Below, piece by piece: positions 20,027 through 29,801 of a DNA stretch of 64,000 bases. The DNA lies in the NCBI GenBank assembly GCA_020353515.1, contig CP070695.1:4439248-4503247 (forward strand). Direction: 5' to 3'. Made by a program: the position numbers and the translations under genes. Positions within the stretch are counted from its first letter, which is position 1. Every line of letters starts with the position of its first letter. The notes beneath the pieces are model-generated. The model was not told where the DNA came from. It did no database searches and saw nothing but the letters and a program-made list of their open reading frames with translations. This DNA is from Candidatus Heimdallarchaeota archaeon. GTDB lineage: Archaea; Asgardarchaeota; Heimdallarchaeia; Hodarchaeales; Hodarchaeaceae.

Positions 20027-20716
20027 TCAATTCTCTACCGAACTCTTTTTTAGTAAAAGATAGGGCATCAGCGACGTAAGTAACTTGTTTTCTGCTTTTC
20101 TTAATGTTTTTTCCACCGCATACCTCGAAACCTTAAATTCTCCAGCTAGGTCTTGTGTTCTAATCCTTCTTGGTATTTCATAGTATCCCTGTTCAAACGC
20201 TCTAATTAGAATTAATAGTTGATGTTCCGTTAAATCACTGGTAAATTCCGTTATGGAAATCATCTGAGAAGGGAAAATCCCATTAGATTCTAATTCCTTT
20301 ATTGAATTAATCTTTGTTTCTGGATAGGTTTGCAAGACTCGTACTACAGAGGATAATATGGAATTATCCAAACATACGATTTGATAATGGCTCCACCCTT
20401 TAGAAAATCGGATCGGATAAATTGATATACCTCCCTGTTGTTGTATCTGGGAGTTAATCGTTTTATCGCAAAGGCATTTCATACTAATATATGAAATCGT
20501 GGTTGGATTACTCTCTATAGTCGTAATTTTCCAGCCCTGTGTACTTGGATAAAATTCCTTTGCTTCTTCTAGATTTTGCCCATTGAGCTTACTTGGAATC
20601 ATCAATATATCAAATTTTGAATTGCAATAACCATAAAGGTCTTTATCTAGGAAGGATCTTGAAAAATTAAGGTGAGGAGAATCGTGTCGAATTTGAATCC
20701 TGAGTTCACTTACCAT
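20027..20716 (-). CDS. HTH-10 (Bat/bacterio-opsin activator-like) archaeal transcriptional regulator
   Basis: C-terminal LTEHQ...AFEQGYYEIPRRI...LA..F.VS......LRKAE.KL. Confidence 0.9.
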   Translation of the reverse strand: MVSELRIQIRHDSPHLNFSRSFLDKDLYGYCNSKFDILMIPSKLNGQNLEEAKEFYPSTQGWKITTIESNPTTISYISMKCLCDKTINSQIQQQGGISIYPIRFSKGWSHYQIVCLDNSILSSVVRVLQTYPETKINSIKELESNGIFPSQMISITEFTSDLTEHQLLILIRAFEQGYYEIPRRIRTQDLAGEFKVSRYAVEKTLRKAENKLLTSLMPYLLLKKSSVEN

Positions 20717-20820
20717 AATTCAATCACTATTTCAATTAATACAGGTTAATTCAAAAACCATGTGAAAGAGGCAAAAATACCTTTCTAAAACTCTTGGGGA
20801 ATAATCACTTAGCTTAATTT

Positions 20821-20860
20821 GAAAAAAGAATGGTTGCTTATGCAACCCAAATATAAAATA
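20821..20860 (-). promoter_or_regulatory. TATA-like box plus palindromic operator upstream of HTH-10 gene
   Basis: ggttgcttatgcaacc at 20832-20847 next to minus-strand TTTTATAT; matches the element at 19835-19876. Confidence 0.62.
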
Positions 20861-21019
20861 GTCCAAGGTAGCTGGATTAGTTGCAGGAATCATTTTCTTA
20901 ATAAAAGGACTCTAAATCCCTTCGCCACTATGAAATTGATGAGATTTTCCATTTTTGAGAGGACATTTTATTTTTATGAAAGTTATAAGATAATAATTGA
21001 ATTTATGTGGTAAATACTG

Positions 21020-22177
21020 ATGAAGATAGATTTTAAATATTGTTTAATAGCTTTTATTATCTGTACAGCTTCTCTTGCCCCCTTGAACATCATTACTAGT
21101 TCTAATTATCAACTTACTGATATAAATATGCTACTTGAAGAAATCGGTCAGGTTAATACTCCTGGAATGGCGAGAGACGTCATCATTAGAAATAACATTG
21201 CCTTTATAGCAGATATGGGGAATATGACATCAACATATGGAGGACTTCTGATCTGTAATATCAGTGATCCAACACATCCGACAATCTTAGGACATTTCTA
21301 TGATGGAGGAAGGGCACATCAAATCTTTGTTGAAGAAGATCTTGTATTTGTTGCGGATAATACAGGTGGATTGGAAATTTTGAATATAAGTGATTTAACT
21401 GATCCTGTGAAAATAGCAGAATTTGAGGGAGTCATTAATGGAGTTTATAAAGTAGATCAGCTTCTTTACTTATCAGATTACTACGAAGGATTGATTATAG
21501 TAGATGTCACCAATTTAACTCACCCCTTGGAGATAGCTAGTTATTCAGACTTGGAACATCCAAGATTAAATCTAATTGATGATAATCTCGCTTATGTTGG
21601 AGATGCAAATGGGCTAAAAGTCTTAGACATTACAACTCCTAAAAATATAACAGAAGTAATGAGTACCAATTTAGATCATTTTGTGTTTTCATTTCAGATT
21701 GTCGGGGACTTGGGATATATGGCTTGTAGTCGTTCAATCTACGAACCTAGTGAGGGTTTAAAAATTTGGAACTGTACTAACCCCTTGGATATTTCGTTGA
21801 TCAGTAGTTTTTATGATGGTGGGAGAGCGATAGACCTACATATTTCAGAGGATTATGTTATTGTTTGCGACTACAATGATGGATTGGAAGTAATAAATGT
21901 GAGTGATCCATTTACTCCCAATGAGATGACTCAATATTATGATGGAGGGAATGCTACCGCAGTTCAAGTTGTTGATAATCTTATTTATGTAGCAGATGGC
22001 CAAGATGGATTAGAAATCATTAGAATGACGTTTACTACTCCTACAACAATTAGTTCTCAACATATGACCGAAACTACCACCTCAGCTTCTACAACAAGTG
22101 CTTCAATAGGATTTACTTTAGGGCCAATCCTGTTTATGATGAGTATTCTTTTTGTATTTCTTAGAAAAAAAAGATGA
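21020..22177 (+). CDS. Secreted LVIVD-repeat beta-propeller protein with C-terminal membrane anchor
   Basis: Repeats YVAD..GLEI(I/L)NISDP..P; signal peptide; Thr-rich linker, IGF-TM-RKKR. Confidence 0.88.
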   Translation: MKIDFKYCLIAFIICTASLAPLNIITSSNYQLTDINMLLEEIGQVNTPGMARDVIIRNNIAFIADMGNMTSTYGGLLICNISDPTHPTILGHFYDGGRAHQIFVEEDLVFVADNTGGLEILNISDLTDPVKIAEFEGVINGVYKVDQLLYLSDYYEGLIIVDVTNLTHPLEIASYSDLEHPRLNLIDDNLAYVGDANGLKVLDITTPKNITEVMSTNLDHFVFSFQIVGDLGYMACSRSIYEPSEGLKIWNCTNPLDISLISSFYDGGRAIDLHISEDYVIVCDYNDGLEVINVSDPFTPNEMTQYYDGGNATAVQVVDNLIYVADGQDGLEIIRMTFTTPTTISSQHMTETTTSASTTSASIGFTLGPILFMMSILFVFLRKKR

Positions 22178-22491
22178 AGAGGATCCACTACTATATTGTC
22201 TTGATGGTCAATACGATAGGTTTTGGTAACACCAGCAATATCTTGGATGAGATCAATATTTTCAAATAAAAAATACATGCGGAGCATATTGAATACTTAA
22301 AGGATCTACTAGTGAAGGGTGTATTAATCATGGCTGGTTCCACGTTAGATGATGGTGGAGGCTAAATTATCTTGAATACAACTTCTGAAGACACTGCACG
22401 GGACATTATGTCCAAAGATCCCTTTGTATCATCGGGAATCATGAAATCTATCTATCATCCCTTTAGGGTTTCTCTTATCAATTGTCCTTAA
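22174..22491 (+). pseudogene. YciI-family pseudogene
   Basis: Single frame from ATG 22174: ...IFK*KIHAEHIEYLKDLLVKGVLIMAGSTLDDGGG*IILNTTSEDTARDIMSKDPFVSSGIM...HPFRVSL; in-frame TAA at 22267 and 22363. Confidence 0.8.
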
Positions 22492-22505
22492 AATTTTTAT
22501 AATAT

Positions 22506-23291
22506 TCAATCTGGGAGTGGATCCCACATTCGAAAAGCATACGGAGCGAACGTCATGGGATCGGTTTCGGCTAGTACAGTGACTTCTTCCATTGTACTAT
22601 TACCAACGGAGTAAGTAGCACCAAGAACTTTCACAACTTCGACTTCAGCCCATGGATCATGTTGAGATTCCGTTAAGGTGACCTTTGCCTCACCAACCTC
22701 AAGTGTTTGGAAATTTACCGAGATAAATTGTCTGATTAGATGAAATGAAGGTTGTAGTGTTGTTTCAATCGGTTTTTGACCATGTAGGAAATTAAATACA
22801 ATCATTCCCCCTGCTTCAGTTATCAAATCTGCAAATACCTGGGCTTTTTCGGTCATTGCTCCAGTTAAAATCGCTTGAATCTCGATAAAGCGGATTCCGT
22901 GACGTTCTGCCCAACCAAGAACATTTTGACCATCCTTATTCAACTGAATCTGGGCAATTTTCTTAGGGTATCCACCGAGTTCACGGCCTCCAGCCATCGC
23001 TAAGTCATTCGTAACTGGCATAGCAAGACAATAGAATCCAGGCTCCCCATTGAATAAAGCTCCCAAGAAAAGAGCACTTTCATAATAAGGTAGTCCAAAA
23101 TTCGTTTTGGGGTAATTAGCAACGAAGGCAAATACTAGCGGATCTTGCATCGGTTCTAATGGAGGAGGAAGAAGTTTCTGGACAATTTCTTCCTTTGTCA
23201 GCCATAATACAGACAACATCTCTGCATTATAGAAAGTGGGTCTTAAGGACATAAAACGGTTAATGTCTTCAAAAGGCCAAATAAAACTCAT
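22506..23291 (-). CDS. Acetoacetate decarboxylase-like family protein
   Basis: LLPPPLEP, PYYESA, AGGRELGGYPKK (Schiff-base Lys motif). Confidence 0.88.
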   Translation of the reverse strand: MSFIWPFEDINRFMSLRPTFYNAEMLSVLWLTKEEIVQKLLPPPLEPMQDPLVFAFVANYPKTNFGLPYYESALFLGALFNGEPGFYCLAMPVTNDLAMAGGRELGGYPKKIAQIQLNKDGQNVLGWAERHGIRFIEIQAILTGAMTEKAQVFADLITEAGGMIVFNFLHGQKPIETTLQPSFHLIRQFISVNFQTLEVGEAKVTLTESQHDPWAEVEVVKVLGATYSVGNSTMEEVTVLAETDPMTFAPYAFRMWDPLPD

Positions 23292-23506
23292 GATTTTTTC
23301 ATCCTTCTAATTAAACTCTTTATATTCCCCTTTTCTTCTATATTAATCTTTTCTCAATTACAATCTTAGTCCTTTAAAATTTACATCCATACCTCTTTAG
23401 TTACTCATTTTTCTTATTGATCCAATTCTGATACAGTTTGCTCTAAAATATAGAATTATAAAACAACAAAAAATTTTCCTGTGTAATCAAGGTATGTGAA
23501 TGTAAA

Positions 23507-24256
23507 ATGAATGGGTCATTGATGAAGTATAATATTGTAGCAATTATCGCTGGAATAGGGTTTACATTGGTTATAGTAGGAGCAATAGTTATTATCCCTG
23601 ATCTTCTCGTCAATATTCCAACAGAGCCTAATGGAAACAATGGTAATCATAATGGTGATAAATTTACAATTGGATCTCGTATTGCTTCCTATATCGAGTC
23701 GAGATCCTCCGATATTCTCTTTACTTGGAGTTACAACAATTCAATTGTTAATGTCAACTTTACTTACCAAGTAGGAGATTATGTTGATGGAGTTCTTACT
23801 TATGGGTCGCACATTAATGGGTCGGTAGCAAATGTCTCTTTAGTGGGAGTTTTTGGATCACAAACAGAAGAGATCTCGTCTTCAACCCTTGATTCGATTT
23901 TTACTAAATTTGAAATCGCCATAGAGGATCTTAATGAAACATCAGACACAATAACAGGTCTAGGAGACATAACTCCATGTCCACCAACGTTTGTTTGGGA
24001 TATCGCATTTAACGATAATACATCCATTAGCCTTATGTATTCCAAAGATCAACATGTTCTTGCAGCTATTAATGGAACATGGACTGCCTCAGAATATGGA
24101 TTATCTGGAGAAGACATTATAGAATTTCCCCAATTTGAATATGAATATCATAGTCAAGAAGTTCCTTTACCATTTTTGATACTGGATGAAACTGCAGAAC
24201 AACATGTCCTTGACGCTGTAAATACGTATGTTGACTTGGTTTCAGGACCTTTTTAG
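23507..24256 (+). CDS. N-terminally anchored acidic extracellular protein, unknown function
   Basis: Single N-terminal TM, Asn/Gly linker, many N-x-S/T sequons. Confidence 0.7.
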   Translation: MNGSLMKYNIVAIIAGIGFTLVIVGAIVIIPDLLVNIPTEPNGNNGNHNGDKFTIGSRIASYIESRSSDILFTWSYNNSIVNVNFTYQVGDYVDGVLTYGSHINGSVANVSLVGVFGSQTEEISSSTLDSIFTKFEIAIEDLNETSDTITGLGDITPCPPTFVWDIAFNDNTSISLMYSKDQHVLAAINGTWTASEYGLSGEDIIEFPQFEYEYHSQEVPLPFLILDETAEQHVLDAVNTYVDLVSGPF

Positions 24257-24287
24257 AAGATGGACAGTACTATGGTTGTGGTAATAG

Positions 24288-24782
24288 ATGACTAAACAAG
24301 ATTTTTATAACTTAGATTCCCATAAAAACATGTCTAAAACTATAAGTTCAGGATATCAAGAGAACCTGCAAGGAAAAACTCTAAGGATTTATAGTTATTT
24401 ACTGACGCACACTGAAGCAGGTATAAGAGAGCTTCAAAGAAACTTAGGGCTTTCAAGCTCAAACGTCGTCACTCATCACATTAAGAAATTGATAGAATAT
24501 GGATTAATAAAACAAAATTCTGAGACCAACAAATATATAGTAGTAAAAGAGGTAAAAATAGGTGTATTATCGCTGTATACTCGCTTTGGGAGATATTTAA
24601 TTCCCAAAAACCTTTTTCTTCTCACATTCTTCTGTACAATGACCTTAATGTATATAGCTTTGATTATTGTTCCAAATGGAATTCTTACACATGGTGATCT
24701 CTTCTTTTTGAGTTCTACAATCGTTGGTGTAATATTCCTCATAAAAAGTTCTTATGACATCTGGCGACTTAAACCACTATGA
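24288..24782 (+). CDS. Winged-helix transcription factor with two C-terminal TM helices
   Basis: LQGKTLRIYSYLL...GIRELQRNLGLSSSNVVTHHIKKL; C-terminal hydrophobic hairpin. Confidence 0.82.
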   Translation: MTKQDFYNLDSHKNMSKTISSGYQENLQGKTLRIYSYLLTHTEAGIRELQRNLGLSSSNVVTHHIKKLIEYGLIKQNSETNKYIVVKEVKIGVLSLYTRFGRYLIPKNLFLLTFFCTMTLMYIALIIVPNGILTHGDLFFLSSTIVGVIFLIKSSYDIWRLKPL

Positions 24783-24846
24783 CAAGTTCGTTACCACAAG
24801 AGGGAGGTTGACGATTAATCATAATCAATTATTACTTCATTCAATG

Positions 24847-26571
24847 TTAAAAGAAACCTCCCAGAGTGAAAGTATCTGCAATGATCCAAGCGATGATCAA
24901 AGCATTGAAAAGCGCTCCTGGACCAATGGAACGAGTTAATCGATAAAACCAGTCAGTAAAAAATGAAGAAATGATGATAATAGGAATAACACCCCACATA
25001 AACTCTAGGATAAGTCCCAAAAATCCTGGAATAATCTTTAGATCAAATAAAAATAATGGACCATACAATATCACGATAAGAAACGCAAAAAGAACAATTT
25101 TACTTCCCATAATCTTGAAAAATTGTACTACTGCTGATTTTACATCTTCTCCTTCTTTCTGATTATAATATTCATAGAAAAACAGACCATCCGCAAAAAA
25201 ATTGACGAATAAAAATGGGATGAAAACGAAAAAGAGGAACAAACGCGGGATCGGTAATAAATCTCCAAATAAAGGAGTCAGAACTTGGAAATTGATATTG
25301 AGAATGATCTTCAAAGACATGCTTGAAACATATATGATAACAATTAAGATCGCAACAATCAATGTCTCTTGTTTGTTAAACGAGTTTATTACATCTCTTC
25401 TAATATCTGGGACAACTTCAGTAAATTTAGGTAAGATAAATTTAAGTAACAACAATCCTAAGATTCCCCATACAAACAACCACCAAATGATTGAAGTTCC
25501 AAATAGTAAGGGAGGAATGAAAAAACCTATTATCATCATTGGGAGAAACAGAATGGCCCCCATAAAACCCCAAAGATGTAGTATTTTCCAATTTTTATGA
25601 AATGTTCTTCCACCCCAACTTTCTCCCTTTTTTTGGGGAATATCAAATAAATTATATAACAATGCAGAAAAACTACAAAGAAAACCAATAAAAGCGATAA
25701 AACAACCAATAATCAAAAGATCTCTTACAAGAAAAAGAAAATCAGTAGAAGAGATTAGGTTTTGAGTTGGAGGATTGAGAGCTAAACTCATCCAATGGAC
25801 AATTTCAGCCACAATTGAGGGATCAAATGCCTCAGCAAGATGGATAGTCGGTGTTAAGACAAGTTTCCGAGCAGTATTTGAAGAGAAATCTCCATACTGA
25901 ATATTTGGTTCAACAACCTCACTAGTGTTAAATACTGGAGCTAAATCATCTCTTAATGAGGGTATATCAAATAAAATATCTTGCTTACCTACAGCAATTA
26001 GTAGATTTTTGGGAAATGTAGCATTAAGGTTACCATAAGCCATATCCTCAACCATTTCTCCCAATCCCCCACCAATTAGAACTGTTGCAGAGATATTACC
26101 ATGAGCTGCACTTGTACTACGCACTGCCCCTGCTCCAAGACTGTGACCAATAAGGCCAATAGAGGAGCTATTCACATAAGAGAGCGATTCAATATATCTA
26201 ACTGCCGATAGAATTCCTAAAGTAGGATCACTCGCAAACCCAAAAGTCCCTCCAGAATTACCATGACCAATTTCATCCACAGCCAACGAAAGAATTCCTC
26301 TTCGACTGAGTTCCAATGCGATCCCACTCATGTATTCCTTAGAGCTCGCAATTCCATGTGTCAGAATGACTGCAGGGTGGGGAGCCATAGGAGAAGCACT
26401 TTTTGGTTTATACAGTAATCCACTAAGTTGAATTTCAGCATGAGCTATAGAAACCAATTTTACATCCACGGTTCCAAAATTAGAATTCAATAAACCAGCA
26501 GTAACCATACCAATTGTAAAGATAAGAAAAAAGATTACAGAAAAGAACAATGCTTTTCGATTAAGAGACAT
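24847..26571 (-). CDS. Alpha/beta hydrolase fused to a multi-TM membrane domain
   Basis: PAVILTHG, D..GHG.S, GHSLG nucleophile elbow; ~8 TM C-terminal half. Confidence 0.85.
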   Translation of the reverse strand: MSLNRKALFFSVIFFLIFTIGMVTAGLLNSNFGTVDVKLVSIAHAEIQLSGLLYKPKSASPMAPHPAVILTHGIASSKEYMSGIALELSRRGILSLAVDEIGHGNSGGTFGFASDPTLGILSAVRYIESLSYVNSSSIGLIGHSLGAGAVRSTSAAHGNISATVLIGGGLGEMVEDMAYGNLNATFPKNLLIAVGKQDILFDIPSLRDDLAPVFNTSEVVEPNIQYGDFSSNTARKLVLTPTIHLAEAFDPSIVAEIVHWMSLALNPPTQNLISSTDFLFLVRDLLIIGCFIAFIGFLCSFSALLYNLFDIPQKKGESWGGRTFHKNWKILHLWGFMGAILFLPMMIIGFFIPPLLFGTSIIWWLFVWGILGLLLLKFILPKFTEVVPDIRRDVINSFNKQETLIVAILIVIIYVSSMSLKIILNINFQVLTPLFGDLLPIPRLFLFFVFIPFLFVNFFADGLFFYEYYNQKEGEDVKSAVVQFFKIMGSKIVLFAFLIVILYGPLFLFDLKIIPGFLGLILEFMWGVIPIIIISSFFTDWFYRLTRSIGPGALFNALIIAWIIADTFTLGGFF

Positions 26572-26710
26572 TTTAGGGACTCCTGCTTCGTGGGCTTCGT
26601 GAATTCACTTTACCCTGCATATTATTTATGCTTTTATTGGTTATACCGAGATATTCTCTCAACTACATAGAAGTAAACGTACCCTCTGAACCACACCCTG
26701 CAAATGCAAT

Positions 26711-27046
26711 GTGGATAGAACCGTCGATTGTACTGCAGATATTGGCGACAAATTTAATGTTACCGTCTTTGCAAATGTCACCCTGAATAGTTTTGCATGG
26801 CAAGTAAAATTATTATTTAATTCAACATTTTTTAGAACTACAAAAATTGGTTACACAAGTGATGATAAAAGTGATTTCTTTTCTGAATACTCCCCAATGC
26901 CTGTAACTCCAAGAATTAACAACGAAGAGGATTATATTCTCCACGGGGAGTCGCTACTTGGCAATGATGAAAAAGCGCCTGGATTTGGAAGCTTAATATG
27001 GATTGAACTTTTGGGAAAAGAAAAAAGAGAAAGAAAGGATTATTGA
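26711..27046 (+). pseudogene. Isolated cohesin-like domain fragment
   Basis: IGDKFNVTV.ANVT...FAWQVKLLFNST...GSLIWIEL; no signal peptide or anchor. Confidence 0.45.
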
Positions 27047-28740
27047 ACTAATCTGTCTCTTGCAGATACAACTTTCTTTAGAACAACAATATAGATTAAG
27101 ATAGCAATGACTGTACAAACCAAAGCACTAGGAAGGACATCTATCAAGACCTTTTCGCCTAAAAATATCCCCATATAGTCAAAATAGCTAAATGGGGTTA
27201 ATGCAAGTAGTAAGAAGTTTTCAGTTATAAATCCAGCCAAAAGCAGAAGAATACTAATCGTAAATCCCAGTAATAACGTTTTTTGAGTGTGCTTATACGG
27301 GACTAGAAGTCCTAATGAGAGAAATGTGATGAAAAATACACAGTACCCCCACATAAAGATCAAATAAGTTGTAGCAGCATTCAATAAATCCCCATTATTT
27401 TCAAGTGTAAAATCAATTAGCACATAGCTTAGAAAGCTAACAAAGAACAATGTTATAAGTCCTATTAGGGCGGCAACAGTTCGATTGAAAATTATTTTTG
27501 TCTCACTTTGTGGAAGTACCCACGTAATTTCAGCGATTCTATCTTTTTTGTCTCTGAAAATAATGTTGTTTATGATAATAAGAATAAAAGGACCAAAAGG
27601 TATCATCCAAGCCCAAGCAAAAAATTCCAGGGTAAACCAACCTTCCAGGGTTGGTTCTAGTTCATAATTGAATAGAGCTGCGTCAATAAATGGGATATCA
27701 ATGCTAGCAAAAGTAGCGGCTGTCTTTACCTCTCCTTCATATGTACCTCCTTGCATGATTGTAAGACCGATTGTAACGATTAAAAAGACAGTCATTATTC
27801 CGACCATTGAATGTAATTGATCACGCAAGGCAGGAAATCTCCATCCAAGACTTGCAATTAGCTTTTCGAGTGGTAGTTTAATAGCTGAAAGTTTTTTTGT
27901 GATCTTTTTGCTTGTTATCTCAGATTCATCAATTATTGTTTTCTTATAACCTCCTTCAATGAAATCCTTTCGATGGATTGATAAGATAGATAGTATAATT
28001 AAGATAATTGATAAAAGTAGTGCTAAAAGAATGAATTCTTCATTCCAAGTTCCCATGATCGCATTTTGGGTATTTTTCGTTTTAGAAAATAGATTTAATT
28101 CCAATAGAGCCTCAAAATCTTTGTTATTTCTAAAAGCCATATCTGAGAAAAATCCAATTATAGTATAGCCTCCCCCAATAATATAACCAGTTTTTTTGGA
28201 GAAGGATATTGAACACCCAAACCCAGTCAGAAAAGCGATAAAAATCGCAAGCATTCCTCCAATAACAAAACTAATTGTTAAATTTATTATTGAATCAGCG
28301 TTACCATTAATTAGAAGAAAGACTATAGATAAGAAGTAACTTGGAATACATATTAACCAAATTAAACCAGTTAATAGAATTGAGTTCTCTAGAAAATCCC
28401 TTGTGAGTGATTTGGGTGTTGAAAATAAGAGTTCCTTTCCATCCTTTTCTGCTATTGGTAAAATATTGACTCCAAGAAGGATTGCTGAAAGTGGTAAATA
28501 AATGCTAATTACCATACCTGCTGCAATAATTGTCCATATATGAAATCCTGGATTATCATATTGGAGTTCTCCAACAAATCTCTCATAATAAATGACGATA
28601 TTTTGCATTGACTCCTCGCCAGGATAGATTATTGGAAAAAATACAGTAATAGCAGAAAAAAGTAGGACCGAAAGCCCAAAAACAGTTTTATGACGGATAA
28701 AACGAAGATAAAGGAGTTCAATGAATTTCGGAAGGTACAT
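27040..28740 (-). CDS. ABC-2 type transporter permease (internally duplicated)
   Basis: Two halves, each with an EKDGKELLFSTPKS / DKKDRIAEITWVLPQS-type motif and ~6 TM; follows ABC ATPase. Confidence 0.82.
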   Translation of the reverse strand: MYLPKFIELLYLRFIRHKTVFGLSVLLFSAITVFFPIIYPGEESMQNIVIYYERFVGELQYDNPGFHIWTIIAAGMVISIYLPLSAILLGVNILPIAEKDGKELLFSTPKSLTRDFLENSILLTGLIWLICIPSYFLSIVFLLINGNADSIINLTISFVIGGMLAIFIAFLTGFGCSISFSKKTGYIIGGGYTIIGFFSDMAFRNNKDFEALLELNLFSKTKNTQNAIMGTWNEEFILLALLLSIILIILSILSIHRKDFIEGGYKKTIIDESEITSKKITKKLSAIKLPLEKLIASLGWRFPALRDQLHSMVGIMTVFLIVTIGLTIMQGGTYEGEVKTAATFASIDIPFIDAALFNYELEPTLEGWFTLEFFAWAWMIPFGPFILIIINNIIFRDKKDRIAEITWVLPQSETKIIFNRTVAALIGLITLFFVSFLSYVLIDFTLENNGDLLNAATTYLIFMWGYCVFFITFLSLGLLVPYKHTQKTLLLGFTISILLLLAGFITENFLLLALTPFSYFDYMGIFLGEKVLIDVLPSALVCTVIAILIYIVVLKKVVSARDRLVQ

Positions 28741-28751
28741 TCTACTGTCTC

Positions 28752-29642
28752 CTATTTTTGAGTCTTATAAAATTGCATAAAATAGTCTTCAAGGCTTGCA
28801 GGAGGGTAAGAAAGCTCTTCAGGTTCCATTAAGAGAAGATTCTCAAGAAAGGGTTTGATAGAAGCTGATTGCGGGACTAATATACTCACTTTATCTCCTT
28901 GAATTTCAAGCAGGTTGGCACCAAGAGCTCTTAGTTGCTCTTCATTAGGATGCTTAAGTTGTACTTCCAATTTCCTTGATACATTTTTATTAAGAGTATG
29001 AATCTCTTCAACCTTAACCAAAGTACCCTCTTTAATGATCGCCACTCGATCACAAATTCTTTGCACCTCAGAAAGATTGTGACTACTGAAGAAAATTGTT
29101 TTTCCTTCTTTTTTTGATTCTAAAAGTAGCGTATAAAGTTCTTGTTGAAGAAGTGGGTCAAGTCCTGATGTTGGTTCATCTAGAATTAAGATCTCTGGAT
29201 CATGCATGAGCGCGGCTACAATACCAACTTTTTGCTTATTTCCTTTTGAGAGTTCTCCTATCTTTTTTTTCTGAGGTAATGTAAATCGTTCAACTAGTTC
29301 ATTTCGTCTTTTACTGGGATTTTTACGCATGTTTTGAATGTATGAGAGAAATTCATTTACAGTATAATTCTCTGGAAGGATAAACTCCCCAGGGATATAC
29401 CCAATATTCTCCCGTATTTCAGGATTCTTTCTAGTAACCTTATTGCCATTGATCCAAATATTTCCTGATGTAGGTAGAAGAATATTTATCATACAGCGAA
29501 TTGTTGTCGTTTTACCTGCTCCATTTGGACCAAGGAAGCCAAATATTTCGCCTTCCATGATTTCAAGGGATAGGTTTTCAATCCCACGAGATTTCCCGTA
29601 ATATTTTGTTAGATTTTGGATTTTTATTTTTGGTTTTTTCAT
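28752..29642 (-). CDS. ABC transporter ATP-binding protein
   Basis: GPNGAGKTT, LSKGNKQK, ILDEPTSGLD, SSH. Confidence 0.95.
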   Translation of the reverse strand: MKKPKIKIQNLTKYYGKSRGIENLSLEIMEGEIFGFLGPNGAGKTTTIRCMINILLPTSGNIWINGNKVTRKNPEIRENIGYIPGEFILPENYTVNEFLSYIQNMRKNPSKRRNELVERFTLPQKKKIGELSKGNKQKVGIVAALMHDPEILILDEPTSGLDPLLQQELYTLLLESKKEGKTIFFSSHNLSEVQRICDRVAIIKEGTLVKVEEIHTLNKNVSRKLEVQLKHPNEEQLRALGANLLEIQGDKVSILVPQSASIKPFLENLLLMEPEELSYPPASLEDYFMQFYKTQK

Positions 29643-29666
29643 TTTTAAGACCTAATTGAATACCTT

Positions 29667-29751
29667 TTGCATGATTATCGCAAATGACGGAAATTATGCA
29701 ACAGCTTTTATATTTTTCGAAAATGCCAGAAATTTCATAAATGCCAGAAAT
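29667..29751. promoter_or_regulatory. Candidate operator array in divergent promoter
   Basis: aaatgccagaaat at 29721-29733 and 29739-29751, aaatgacggaaat at 29682-29694; imperfect inverted repeat ttgcat...atgcaa 29667-29701. Confidence 0.55.
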
Positions 29752-29801
29752 AAATAAAAATTTAACTTTGCTTATCTATTATTGTTTTGGACATGAATTG
29801 A

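Noticed and set aside
22174-22491. Stop-codon readthrough/recoding of the YciI frame
   Set aside because: Both stops are TAA, the commonest stop in neighbouring genes; decay is simpler
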